This document shows, piece by piece, positions 24,014 to 32,317 of a stretch of 47,988 nt of DNA; the stretch's first letter is position 1, and every line of letters begins with the position of its first letter. Both the position numbers and the translations under genes were made by a program. Under the pieces are notes generated by a model that was not told where the DNA came from, searched no databases, and was given only the letters and a program-made list of their open reading frames with translations. The stretch spans positions 1-47,988 of the forward strand of contig JAKAGH010000001.1 in assembly GCA_021817645.1 (NCBI GenBank), read 5' to 3'. This stretch comes from Deltaproteobacteria bacterium. GTDB lineage: Bacteria; Desulfobacterota; Desulfobaccia; Desulfobaccales; 0-14-0-80-60-11.

Positions 24014-24975
24014 CCGAACTACATACCCAGGAAACCTATACCGTCCGGGAGGCAGCCCGGGATTTTCCCATGATGGTGGTGCTGTCTTTCGTCTATGTCT
24101 GCAATGCCCAATGTCCCAACTGCCCCTATAACAACTCGGAGATCCGGGCCACTTATAAAGACGCCCTGATCATGCCGCCGGACCTCTTCCGGCAGATCGC
24201 GGACGAATGCGGCCCCCATGGGGCCATGCTGAGGATCTCCGGCGGCGGCGAGCCCATGCTGCACCCCCAGGCGGTGGAGCTCATGGTTTACGCCAAGGAG
24301 CGGGGCGCCCGGGTGGGGCTGATCACCAACGGCTCCCGCTTTACCGAGGAGTCTCTCACCGCGCTGATCACGGCGGACCTGGACGCCATCGAGTTTTCCG
24401 TGGACGCGGGCGATGCCGCCACCTACCGCCTGGTGCGGCCCGGCCTCGATTGGGACCGGCTCAATGCCAGCGTGCGCCTGGCCGCGGCTCTGCGGGAACG
24501 CCTGCATGCTGGCACCCGCCTCATTGTCAGCGTCATTAACCAGCAGGGGGTGGATGTGGCCGCGGCCGAGGCCCACTGGTCGCGCCTGGTGGATAAGGTG
24601 CAGATCCGCAAATACCTCACCTGGGGCTACAACGAAGACCTATCGGCGGACCCTTCGCCCTATCTTCCCCCGGAGCAGCGTATCCCCTGCCCCTGGCTCT
24701 TCGAGCGCCTCAATATCGACTCCCGGGGCGACGTGACCCTGTGCGGAGAAGATATCGCTTTTGCCGAAAAATTTGCCAACATCAGAGAAAGGTCCATTAA
24801 AGAGATTTGGAATGGGCCGGAATTTCAACATCTCCGGGACCTGCATCTGGCCCGGCGGGGCGAAGAGATCGCCATCTGCTCCCGGTGCCCGGATTGGAAA
24901 TACCGGTCCTGGCAATACAATTACTGGAAGGTGCTGCGGGATGCGGAAATGAAGCGCCAGTCCCGGCAAAGCTGA
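24004..24975 (+). CDS. Radical SAM protein with a SPASM/twitch-like C-terminus (paralog 2)
   Basis: CNAQCPNC gives the CxxxCxxC cluster, and the GGGEPMLHP motif is present. The C-terminus reads CPWLFERLNIDSRGDVTLCGED...CSRCPDW. The start is ATG at 24004 or 24010; the latter forms an ATGA overlap with the upstream stop. Confidence 0.85.
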   Translation: MFMTELHTQETYTVREAARDFPMMVVLSFVYVCNAQCPNCPYNNSEIRATYKDALIMPPDLFRQIADECGPHGAMLRISGGGEPMLHPQAVELMVYAKERGARVGLITNGSRFTEESLTALITADLDAIEFSVDAGDAATYRLVRPGLDWDRLNASVRLAAALRERLHAGTRLIVSVINQQGVDVAAAEAHWSRLVDKVQIRKYLTWGYNEDLSADPSPYLPPEQRIPCPWLFERLNIDSRGDVTLCGEDIAFAEKFANIRERSIKEIWNGPEFQHLRDLHLARRGEEIAICSRCPDWKYRSWQYNYWKVLRDAEMKRQSRQS

Positions 24976-25061
24976 AATCTCTCTCGCCACCCGTTCAAGG
25001 GACTTGGCTCAGCCATAAAGTTGATAAATCAGGCAGTCAAGGAATTGGCGGGCAGTGCCCA

Positions 25062-25087
25062 CCCTAAAACAACTTGTTGTTTTAGGG
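25062..25087 (+). terminator. Hairpin, candidate intrinsic terminator after rSAM paralog 2
   Basis: CCCTAAAACAA-CTTG-TTGTTTTAGGG, a perfect 11-bp stem, followed by AATAATTTTGTTG. Confidence 0.45.
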
Positions 25088-25129
25088 AATAATTTTGTTG
25101 AGAAGGGACTGCCTTTGATTTCCATTATT

Positions 25130-25155
25130 TTGCGCCTTGGCGTCTTTGCGTGAGG
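25130..25155 (-). repeat. Dispersed intergenic repeat, module A, copy d (inverted, short)
   Basis: The reverse complement reads CCTCACGCAAAGACGCCAAGGCGCAA. Confidence 0.75.
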
Positions 25156-25177
25156 ACTATCTCTTCGGAACAGCAAA

Positions 25178-25912
25178 ATGACCAACTCGCAGTTTCCGGC
25201 CTCCGGCAAAATAATCGGTATCCTCCAGCCCGGCTATCTGCCCTGGCTGGGTTTTTGGGAGCAGTTGCACGCCACCGATATCTTTGTGATTTATGATGAT
25301 GTGCAGTATGATAAGCATGGCTGGCGCAACCGCAACCGGATCAAGACCCCCCAGGGCCCCCAGTGGCTGACCGTCCCCGTCCGGGTGAATTTCTCCCAGG
25401 GGCCGCTGATCTTGGAAGTGAAAGTAAATAATCGGGAGAATTGGCGCAAGAAACATCTTTTTTCCATCCGGCAGAATTACGCCAGGGCGCCTTTTTTCAG
25501 CCGTTATATCGACTTTTTTGCCGAGGCTTACCAGCGGGACTGGGAATATCTCATCGACCTGGACCTGCATCTGCTCCGCCACCTGGCGGCCTTCCTGGGG
25601 ATCGACCCGGCGAAAATCGTCAGGTCTTCCAGCCTGGAGGTGACGGGTGACCGGATCACCAGGCTGATCGGCATCTGCCAAAAACTAGGGGCCGCCACTT
25701 TTTATGAAGGGGCCTCGGGCCGCAACTATATCGAGACGGCCGCGTTCCGGGAGCAGGGGATCGAGGTGGTTTACCAGGATTACCACCATCCGGTGTATCC
25801 TCAGCTTTACGGAGATTTTATTGCCAACCTGTCGATTATCGACCTTCTTTTTAACTGTGGGGATGAGAGTTTGGCCATCCTGACCCACCAAAATTCGGGG
25901 GAGCCGAAGTAG
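25178..25912 (+). CDS. WbqC-like family protein
   Basis: The N-terminal signature ILQPGYLPWLGFWEQL...FVIYDDVQYDKHGWRNRNRI resembles the WbqC family (function unknown, found in O-antigen loci). Confidence 0.7.
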   Translation: MTNSQFPASGKIIGILQPGYLPWLGFWEQLHATDIFVIYDDVQYDKHGWRNRNRIKTPQGPQWLTVPVRVNFSQGPLILEVKVNNRENWRKKHLFSIRQNYARAPFFSRYIDFFAEAYQRDWEYLIDLDLHLLRHLAAFLGIDPAKIVRSSSLEVTGDRITRLIGICQKLGAATFYEGASGRNYIETAAFREQGIEVVYQDYHHPVYPQLYGDFIANLSIIDLLFNCGDESLAILTHQNSGEPK

Positions 25913-26950
25913 ATGGGCAAGACCGTACTGATTACCGGCGGCGCCGGTTTTATGGGCAGCAATTTCGTCAGCTATCTCTACAATAAGTATCCTGATTATA
26001 AGATCATCGTCCTGGATGCCCTGACCTATGCCGGCAGCATCGACAACCTGCCGGTGAATCTCAATGAAGCCAACGGCGGCCGGCTGGTATTCTGGTACGG
26101 CAACGTGCGCAACGCCGAACTGGTGGACACCCTGATGTCCCAGGCAGATGTGGTGGTCCATTTTGCCGCGGAAACCCACGTAACCCGCTCCATTTATGAC
26201 AATTTTCTCTTTTTTGAGACCGATGTCCTGGGCACCCAGACCATTGCCAATGCATCCTTGAAATACCGGGACCGGGTGGAGCGCTTCATTCACATCTCCT
26301 CTTCGGAAGTCTATGGCACCGCCCTGGGCGAGCGGATGGCGGAAGACCACCCGCTGCTGCCCCTGAGCCCTTACGCCTCTGCCAAGGCCGGGGCCGACCG
26401 CCTGGTTTATTCTTATTGGGCCACCTACGAACTGCCGGTCATCATCCTGCGACCTTTTAACAATTTTGGCCCCAGGCAGCACCTGGAGAAGGCCATTCCC
26501 CGCTTCATCACCAGCTGTATCCTGGATGAGCCCATCCGGGTGCACGGCGACGGCAGCGCGGCCCGGGATTATATCTTTGTGGGCGACCTCTGCCGGGCTT
26601 TAGACTTATTCCTGCAAGCCGACCCCGGGCAGGTGGCCGGCCAGGTTTTCAATGTGGCCACCGGGGAGCACCGCTCCATTCTCTCCATTGCCCGGGACAT
26701 CGTGCGCCTGATGGGCAAAGACGAGAGCATCATCACTTTTGTGGGGGACCGGCCGGGCCAGGTCTTCAGGCATACCGGGGATATCGCCAAGCTGCAGGGC
26801 CGCTTCGGCTGGCAGCCTCAAGTCGGCTGGCAGGACGGCCTGCAACAGACCATCCAGTGGTATGAGCAGAACCGCCCCTGGTGGGAAAAGCAGCTGTGGA
26901 TGCGGGCGGTGCCCATCATTACCAAATCGGGCAAGCGGGAACTGCATTAA
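25913..26950 (+). CDS. NDP-hexose 4,6-dehydratase (RfbB-like SDR)
   Basis: TGGAGFMGSN Rossmann motif, HFAAETHV, and the catalytic YxxxK in PYASAKAG. The start directly abuts the WbqC-like stop. Confidence 0.85.
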   Translation: MGKTVLITGGAGFMGSNFVSYLYNKYPDYKIIVLDALTYAGSIDNLPVNLNEANGGRLVFWYGNVRNAELVDTLMSQADVVVHFAAETHVTRSIYDNFLFFETDVLGTQTIANASLKYRDRVERFIHISSSEVYGTALGERMAEDHPLLPLSPYASAKAGADRLVYSYWATYELPVIILRPFNNFGPRQHLEKAIPRFITSCILDEPIRVHGDGSAARDYIFVGDLCRALDLFLQADPGQVAGQVFNVATGEHRSILSIARDIVRLMGKDESIITFVGDRPGQVFRHTGDIAKLQGRFGWQPQVGWQDGLQQTIQWYEQNRPWWEKQLWMRAVPIITKSGKRELH

Positions 26951-26968
26951 AATCATTAAGGATGCAGG

Positions 26969-28261
26969 TTGGCCTTTAAACGCAATTTTCTCTGGATGCT
27001 GGCCAGCAGAATCGTACAGATGTCTGCTGGCCTTTTTATGGGCGCGCTCATCAACCGTTCCCTGGGGCCCGCGGGCCGGGGCATTTATGCGGAAGTGCTG
27101 ACCTGGGTAAGCCTGTTCGTGATGGTTTTTGGGTTAAGCATAGACACGGCCATTTATCATCTGGCCAATCGCAGCGCTTACGGCGAGGACGACGCGTCCC
27201 GGTTCGCCACCATCCTTTGGCTGAACCTGGGCTACTCCCTGCTGGCGGTGGCGGGCCTAAGCGTCCTGGTGCATTACTGGTCCCACCTGGTCTCCGCCAC
27301 CACGGCGCAGCACGTTTTTCTCCTGGCGGTGCTGATCCTGGTCTCCATGCTGGCCAGCAACCTGCTGGTCTTTTACCAGGCCATGGGCAACATCAAAGCC
27401 GCCGCGGTCATCGGCATGGCCCAGCTCCTGGTGCAAGCGGCCTTGATTATCGCCGCTTATCTCGGCGGCTTTCTGACCCTGCCCTTTATCTTCTGGAGCA
27501 TGGTCATCATGCAACTCGCGGGCGTGATCCTGCTGCTGGGGCTGGCCTGGCAAAGCCGGCTCATGAGCGGGCGCTTTTCCCTGGAGATGGCCAAAATTAT
27601 TTTATCCGCAGGGCTGAAGCAGCATGTGGCCACCATTTGCACCTTTGCCTATACGAAGGTTAACCAGTTAATCTTATTCAGATATTGTGGCGAGGTGGCC
27701 ACCGGCATCTTTTCCGTCTCCCTGGCCATCGCCCTGGCCCTGATGTTTATCCCTCAGACTTTTCAAACGGTCCTCTATCCCCGGGTAATTCACGGGGATG
27801 ACGACTACGAAGTGACGGTGCGCGCCCTGCGGGTGGGCTTTTATACCTGGGGTCTGATGGTCCTGGGGATCATGCTCCTGGCCCGGCCGATCCTCCTGGT
27901 TTATGGCGGCGCCAGCTTTCTTTCCTCCGTCAACCTGCTGCGCATCCTGATGATCGGGGCCTGGTTTTTGCCGCTGTCCTCCCTGGTTGCCCCCTATTAC
28001 GTCAAGAAGGGGGCTTTTGGCCTGGGTTCTACTTCCGCGGTGATCCTGGCCGTTTTTAGTATCGGGTTGAACTTTATCTTGGTGCCTCGCTATGCTGCGG
28101 TGGGGGCGGCCCTGGCCACCTCCGTTACCTGCCTGGTGGGTTTCGGCCTGGTGCTGGGATTATTGTATCTGATCTCCAAAAAGAATCCCCTGGTGATCTT
28201 TATCCCGGCCCTGGCCAGGGAATTGAAGCAGTTGCGAATTAAAAACTTGTTTTCTTCTTAG
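26969..28261 (+). CDS. Wzx-type oligosaccharide flippase (MOP superfamily)
   Basis: 430 aa with about 12 or more TM spans. TTG start lies 5 nt after an AAGGA. The polysaccharide locus context supports the call. Confidence 0.7.
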   Translation: MAFKRNFLWMLASRIVQMSAGLFMGALINRSLGPAGRGIYAEVLTWVSLFVMVFGLSIDTAIYHLANRSAYGEDDASRFATILWLNLGYSLLAVAGLSVLVHYWSHLVSATTAQHVFLLAVLILVSMLASNLLVFYQAMGNIKAAAVIGMAQLLVQAALIIAAYLGGFLTLPFIFWSMVIMQLAGVILLLGLAWQSRLMSGRFSLEMAKIILSAGLKQHVATICTFAYTKVNQLILFRYCGEVATGIFSVSLAIALALMFIPQTFQTVLYPRVIHGDDDYEVTVRALRVGFYTWGLMVLGIMLLARPILLVYGGASFLSSVNLLRILMIGAWFLPLSSLVAPYYVKKGAFGLGSTSAVILAVFSIGLNFILVPRYAAVGAALATSVTCLVGFGLVLGLLYLISKKNPLVIFIPALARELKQLRIKNLFSS

Positions 28262-28294
28262 ATGAATCTCACTGAGCAAAATCGGTCTTAAACA

Positions 28295-29518
28295 ATGAAG
28301 GCAAAATTTTATTTTCTGCCATTATTGCTGCTTTATGTGGCTATCATTCTCTTAGCCTACCATAATAATTTGCAGGACGACGAAATCCGCTACGTAACTT
28401 TCGCCAGGAATTTATCCCAAGGTTTTTATAGCCCCGCCGATAACATTAATCTCTGGAGCGGCCCCGGTTATCCGCTGCTGCTGTTGCCCTTCGTAATCTT
28501 GAAATTAGATGGCCTGCCCATCAAAATACTGAATGCCTTTTTGTTATTTTTTGCCGTTATCTACTTTTACAATACCTTAAAAATATATTTGGATCAGAAA
28601 TACGCCCTATATATCTCATATATCCTAGGCTTATACCCGCCGATCTTGCGGGATCTACACATGATCCTGACCGAAACTTTTGTCTGCTTTCTTATTTGCG
28701 GGTTTATTTACCATTTCTGCAAGCTTCTGCAACATGAGGCCACAAATAGATTTCATCTGGTCATTGCCTCTTTGTACCTGGCGTTTATCGCCCTGACCAA
28801 AATAATATTTGGATATGTGATATTAATAGTAATCGCAATATTTTTTGTAGTCTCCGCGATAAGACGAAAAAAGAGCGTGATGAAAGTATTAGCCGTTAAT
28901 ATCATCGCCATGCTTTTCTGTTTGCCCTATCTTTTTTATACTTATTCACTTACCGGTAAGATGTTTTATTGGGGAACTTCCGGGGGCATGTCCCTCTATT
29001 GGATGTCCACTCCTTACAGCGGCGAACTTGGCAATTGGTGTGATTGGAGTCAGGTATATGCGCAGCCGCAGTTATATGCCAACCATCATCAATTTTTTGA
29101 CCGGATTGCCCCGCTGGACAACGTGCAGCGGGACGAAGAGTTCAAGAAACAAGGATTAAGAAACATCTGGGCGCATCCGCAGAAATTTCTGGCAAACTGG
29201 ATGTGTAATCTGGGACGCCTGTTGTTTTCTTATCCTTTTTCTTATAAACTCCAATCACCCACAACATTCTTTTATTTAATACCTAATATGTTTTTGGTGG
29301 TCCTCTCAATTTTATGTATTTACCCCACGATAACAAGGTACCACAATGTACCATTTGAAATAATTATTCTTCTTTTAATATCTGTCATATATTTAGGCGG
29401 ATCAACCTTGCTCAGTGCTTATGAAAGGCAATTACGCCCGATTTTCCCCATTTTATTCTTATGGATATCTTTCACCTTGTTGAGAATTATGGAAATCAGG
29501 ATACGTGCGGCTGATTAA
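28295..29518 (+). CDS. GT-C fold membrane glycosyltransferase (ArnT/PMT-like), AT-rich
   Basis: 407-aa polytopic protein. The first loop carries LQDDEIRYVTFARNL...GPGYPLLLLPF, resembling the acidic DE/DD motif of GT39/GT83-type enzymes. Its composition is markedly more AT-rich than its neighbours. Confidence 0.5.
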   Translation: MKAKFYFLPLLLLYVAIILLAYHNNLQDDEIRYVTFARNLSQGFYSPADNINLWSGPGYPLLLLPFVILKLDGLPIKILNAFLLFFAVIYFYNTLKIYLDQKYALYISYILGLYPPILRDLHMILTETFVCFLICGFIYHFCKLLQHEATNRFHLVIASLYLAFIALTKIIFGYVILIVIAIFFVVSAIRRKKSVMKVLAVNIIAMLFCLPYLFYTYSLTGKMFYWGTSGGMSLYWMSTPYSGELGNWCDWSQVYAQPQLYANHHQFFDRIAPLDNVQRDEEFKKQGLRNIWAHPQKFLANWMCNLGRLLFSYPFSYKLQSPTTFFYLIPNMFLVVLSILCIYPTITRYHNVPFEIIILLLISVIYLGGSTLLSAYERQLRPIFPILFLWISFTLLRIMEIRIRAAD

Positions 29519-29770
29519 TGCCATTTCGTGATCAAGAAATCTGCAATTTTAGGGACTCACTCGCATGTGCCAGCACTGCCGGGCCGACACGTGAGTCCGC
29601 CGCTGCCGGGCCCGCCCCCCGGAAGAATTGCCGTTTCCGGGCGATCTGGTATGAGTTAACAATAGCAGGTATTTAGGTTATGATAAGGGCCAAATACCCT
29701 CTGATGTGGAGAAGCCGGACCTGCGCGGCTGGCGTGCCGGTGCGGCAATACTAAGGAATCCAGGCGCAAC

Positions 29771-30913
29771 ATGGAAAAAATCGAATTTTTCAAACACAAT
29801 CTGACCGAAGAAGACCTGGACCGGGCCTGTCAGGTGATGCGCTCCACCTTTCTCACCACCGGGCCCCAGGTGGCGGCCTTTGAAAAGAAGCTCGCCCAGT
29901 ATCTGGACAGCCCCGAGGCGGTGGGCCTGACCAGCTGCACCGGGGCCATGCACCTGGTCCTCCTGAAGCACGGCATCGGTGAAGGCGATGAAGTCATCAC
30001 CACTCCCATGACCTTTGTGGCCACGGCTACGGCGATCCTGGAAGCGGGGGCCACCCCGGTCTTTGTGGATGTCTGCCCCCAGAGCGGGCTGCTCCTCCCG
30101 GAGGCCGTGGACGCGGCCGTCTCTCCCAAAACCAGGGCTATTCTGCCGGTACATCTTTATGGGCGGATGGTGGACATGCGGGGCTTTGCCCGGGTGGCGG
30201 CCAAGCACGGCCTGTTGCTCCTGGAAGATGCGGCCCATTGCCTGGAAGGCAGCCGGGACCAGGTGCGGCCGGGACAACTCAGCGCCGCGGCCTGTTTCTC
30301 CTTTTACGCCACCAAGAGCATGACTTGCGGGGAAGGAGGGGCCCTGGTGTGCCGTTCCCCGGAAGACGCGGCCTGGTACCGCTCGGCCCGGCACCATGGC
30401 ATCTCCAAGAACGCCTCCTCCCGCTATACCCAGAAATACGAACATTGGGACATGGAGATGATGGGCTGGAAATACAACATGGATGACATCCAGGCGGCCC
30501 TGCTCCTGCATCAGATTGACCGCCTGGACACCTACCGCCAGCGGCGCCAGGATTTGGAAAACCTTTACCGGGAATTGCTGGCGGACGTGGCCGGCCTCGA
30601 TTTTCTGGAGGCCCCGGCCCCGGGAGAGCTAAGCGGCCACCATCTGCTTACCGTGCTTTTGCCGCCCCAGGTGGACCGGGACGAAGTCATCAGGTTGGTG
30701 CAGGAGATGGGAGTGGGCTGCGCCGTCAATTACCGGGCCGTGCACGTGCTCCGCTATTTCCGGGAGCGCTACGGCTACCGGCCCGAGGACTTCCCCAACG
30801 CTTATCAGATCGGCCAGAGGACCATCAGCCTGCCCCTTTATCCCCGGCTGACGGAGGCGGAAGTGACCCGGGTCTGCGATACCTTGAAAAAAGTGGTCTC
30901 TGCTTCCAAATGA
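29771..30913 (+). CDS. DegT/DnrJ/EryC1/StrS family PLP-dependent sugar aminotransferase
   Basis: The PLP-lysine motif FSFYATKSMTCGEGGALV is present. Length is 380 aa. Confidence 0.9.
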   Translation: MEKIEFFKHNLTEEDLDRACQVMRSTFLTTGPQVAAFEKKLAQYLDSPEAVGLTSCTGAMHLVLLKHGIGEGDEVITTPMTFVATATAILEAGATPVFVDVCPQSGLLLPEAVDAAVSPKTRAILPVHLYGRMVDMRGFARVAAKHGLLLLEDAAHCLEGSRDQVRPGQLSAAACFSFYATKSMTCGEGGALVCRSPEDAAWYRSARHHGISKNASSRYTQKYEHWDMEMMGWKYNMDDIQAALLLHQIDRLDTYRQRRQDLENLYRELLADVAGLDFLEAPAPGELSGHHLLTVLLPPQVDRDEVIRLVQEMGVGCAVNYRAVHVLRYFRERYGYRPEDFPNAYQIGQRTISLPLYPRLTEAEVTRVCDTLKKVVSASK

Positions 30914-30917
30914 TAGT

Positions 30918-30947
30918 CCTCACGCCAAGGCGCCAAGAAAGACGCAA
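30918..30947 (+). repeat. Dispersed intergenic repeat, module A, copy e
   Basis: CCTCACGCCAAGGCGCCAAGAAAGACGCAA, lying directly after the DegT stop. Confidence 0.8.
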
Positions 30948-31058
30948 ATTTAATTTTCGGCGGAGCGGCAAGCTCACGGGTTGCGGCCGGATAATGAAAG
31001 AAATCTCGGGAAAGAGCAGCAGGCGTGGTTATTCCCATCTCCCCTGCCCTCGAAGACC

Positions 31059-32270
31059 ATGAGTTACCTGATCTTTTGTTCCTTCGAAGTGGGGGGCTTG
31101 CCCTACCGCATGGCGGAAATCCTGAACGCCCATGGGGTGGAAACCTATTACGCCTCCATTGCCAGGCCCAATAATACCCATGATTCCACCCAATTCCACT
31201 ACGGCCGCCCCAACGTTCCCTGGGATCTCACTCCCAGGTTCAGGGAGGTAATGTGGTCTGACGAGAAAGTCATGGCTCTGCTCAGTCAAGTCCAACAAGA
31301 ATTTCACCTCACTCGCGTCCTGGCCACCGGCCAAAAGGCCTATCTGCTCCGGCAAGCCGGCTTGCCTTATCATTACTGGTCTTATGGGTCCGACCTGGAT
31401 TTTCTGGTCAATTTCTTGCCGACTCTCAACCACTGTTATCCCTGGTGGGCCAGGCCCAAAGGATTATTGGTGTATCTGCTGCGCTTCCGGCGGGAAGCCA
31501 GCCGGGCCTTCGCCAATGCTACAGCCGTGATGATTGCGCCTTATCAGTTCGCCGCCTACCGCCAGGTTTGCCCTGATAAGCCCATGTTTTTTTTCCCCCA
31601 TTTTTTAAAATTGTCAGAGTGGGAAACCCTGGGCCCCCAAAAGCTGGCCAGCCGGCGGGAGATAGAGGCGAAAATCGGTGCGAGCCGGTTTTTCTTTTCC
31701 TCCACCCGACACGTCTGGTCCGGCTGCCTGCGCAAATCTGCGGACACTAAAGGTAATGACGTGATTATGTATTCGTTTAAGGAATACCTGAATCTCTCCG
31801 GGGATCAGGGGGCCAAGTTGGTGCTGGTGGACAAAGGTCCCAATGTTGCGGCTTCCCGAGCCCTGGCACAAGAGCTCAATATCGCCGCCCAGGTGGTATG
31901 GGTCGGGGAAATGAGACGAGACCAACTGGATCAATATTACCAGGGGGCCGCGCTCTGCTTTGGCCAGTTCGGCACGCCGGTGCTGGCATTCACTGCCCTG
32001 GAGCCCCTGGCCCAGGCCAATGTCGCGATTTCCGCTTTTGAGCGGGTTGACCCGCGGGTCCCTTTTTACCCGGAAGATCCTCCCATCTTTAAAAGCAAAG
32101 CCCCCCGCAAAATCGCGGAGTTCATGGCCCAGATGGTGGCCCAGCCGCAGCAACACGCGAATCTGTGCCGGCGCTCCTGGGAGTGGATCAAAGAAAATTG
32201 TTCTGAAGAAAGATTCGCCGCAGAGTTTGTGAAGTCCTTCAGCCTTAATTCAGGCCGTTCTCACGGTTAA
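31059..32270 (+). CDS. Hypothetical protein, possibly a divergent GT-B fold glycosyltransferase
   Basis: 403 aa from the ATG at 31059. The C-terminal segment FGQFGTPVLAFTALEPLAQANVAIS loosely resembles the GT4 E-x7-E region. The N-terminal extension in the ORF track lacks support. Confidence 0.4.
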   Translation: MSYLIFCSFEVGGLPYRMAEILNAHGVETYYASIARPNNTHDSTQFHYGRPNVPWDLTPRFREVMWSDEKVMALLSQVQQEFHLTRVLATGQKAYLLRQAGLPYHYWSYGSDLDFLVNFLPTLNHCYPWWARPKGLLVYLLRFRREASRAFANATAVMIAPYQFAAYRQVCPDKPMFFFPHFLKLSEWETLGPQKLASRREIEAKIGASRFFFSSTRHVWSGCLRKSADTKGNDVIMYSFKEYLNLSGDQGAKLVLVDKGPNVAASRALAQELNIAAQVVWVGEMRRDQLDQYYQGAALCFGQFGTPVLAFTALEPLAQANVAISAFERVDPRVPFYPEDPPIFKSKAPRKIAEFMAQMVAQPQQHANLCRRSWEWIKENCSEERFAAEFVKSFSLNSGRSHG

Positions 32271-32317
32271 TCCTGGACAAATATCTCGGATATGGAAACG
32301 GTTTTTAGGAAGCGTTC

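Noticed and set aside
25685-26545. 286-aa minus-strand ORF antisense to the WbqC-like and dehydratase genes
   Set aside because: It is a shadow ORF. The sense-strand genes carry the TGGAGF and YxxxK motifs.
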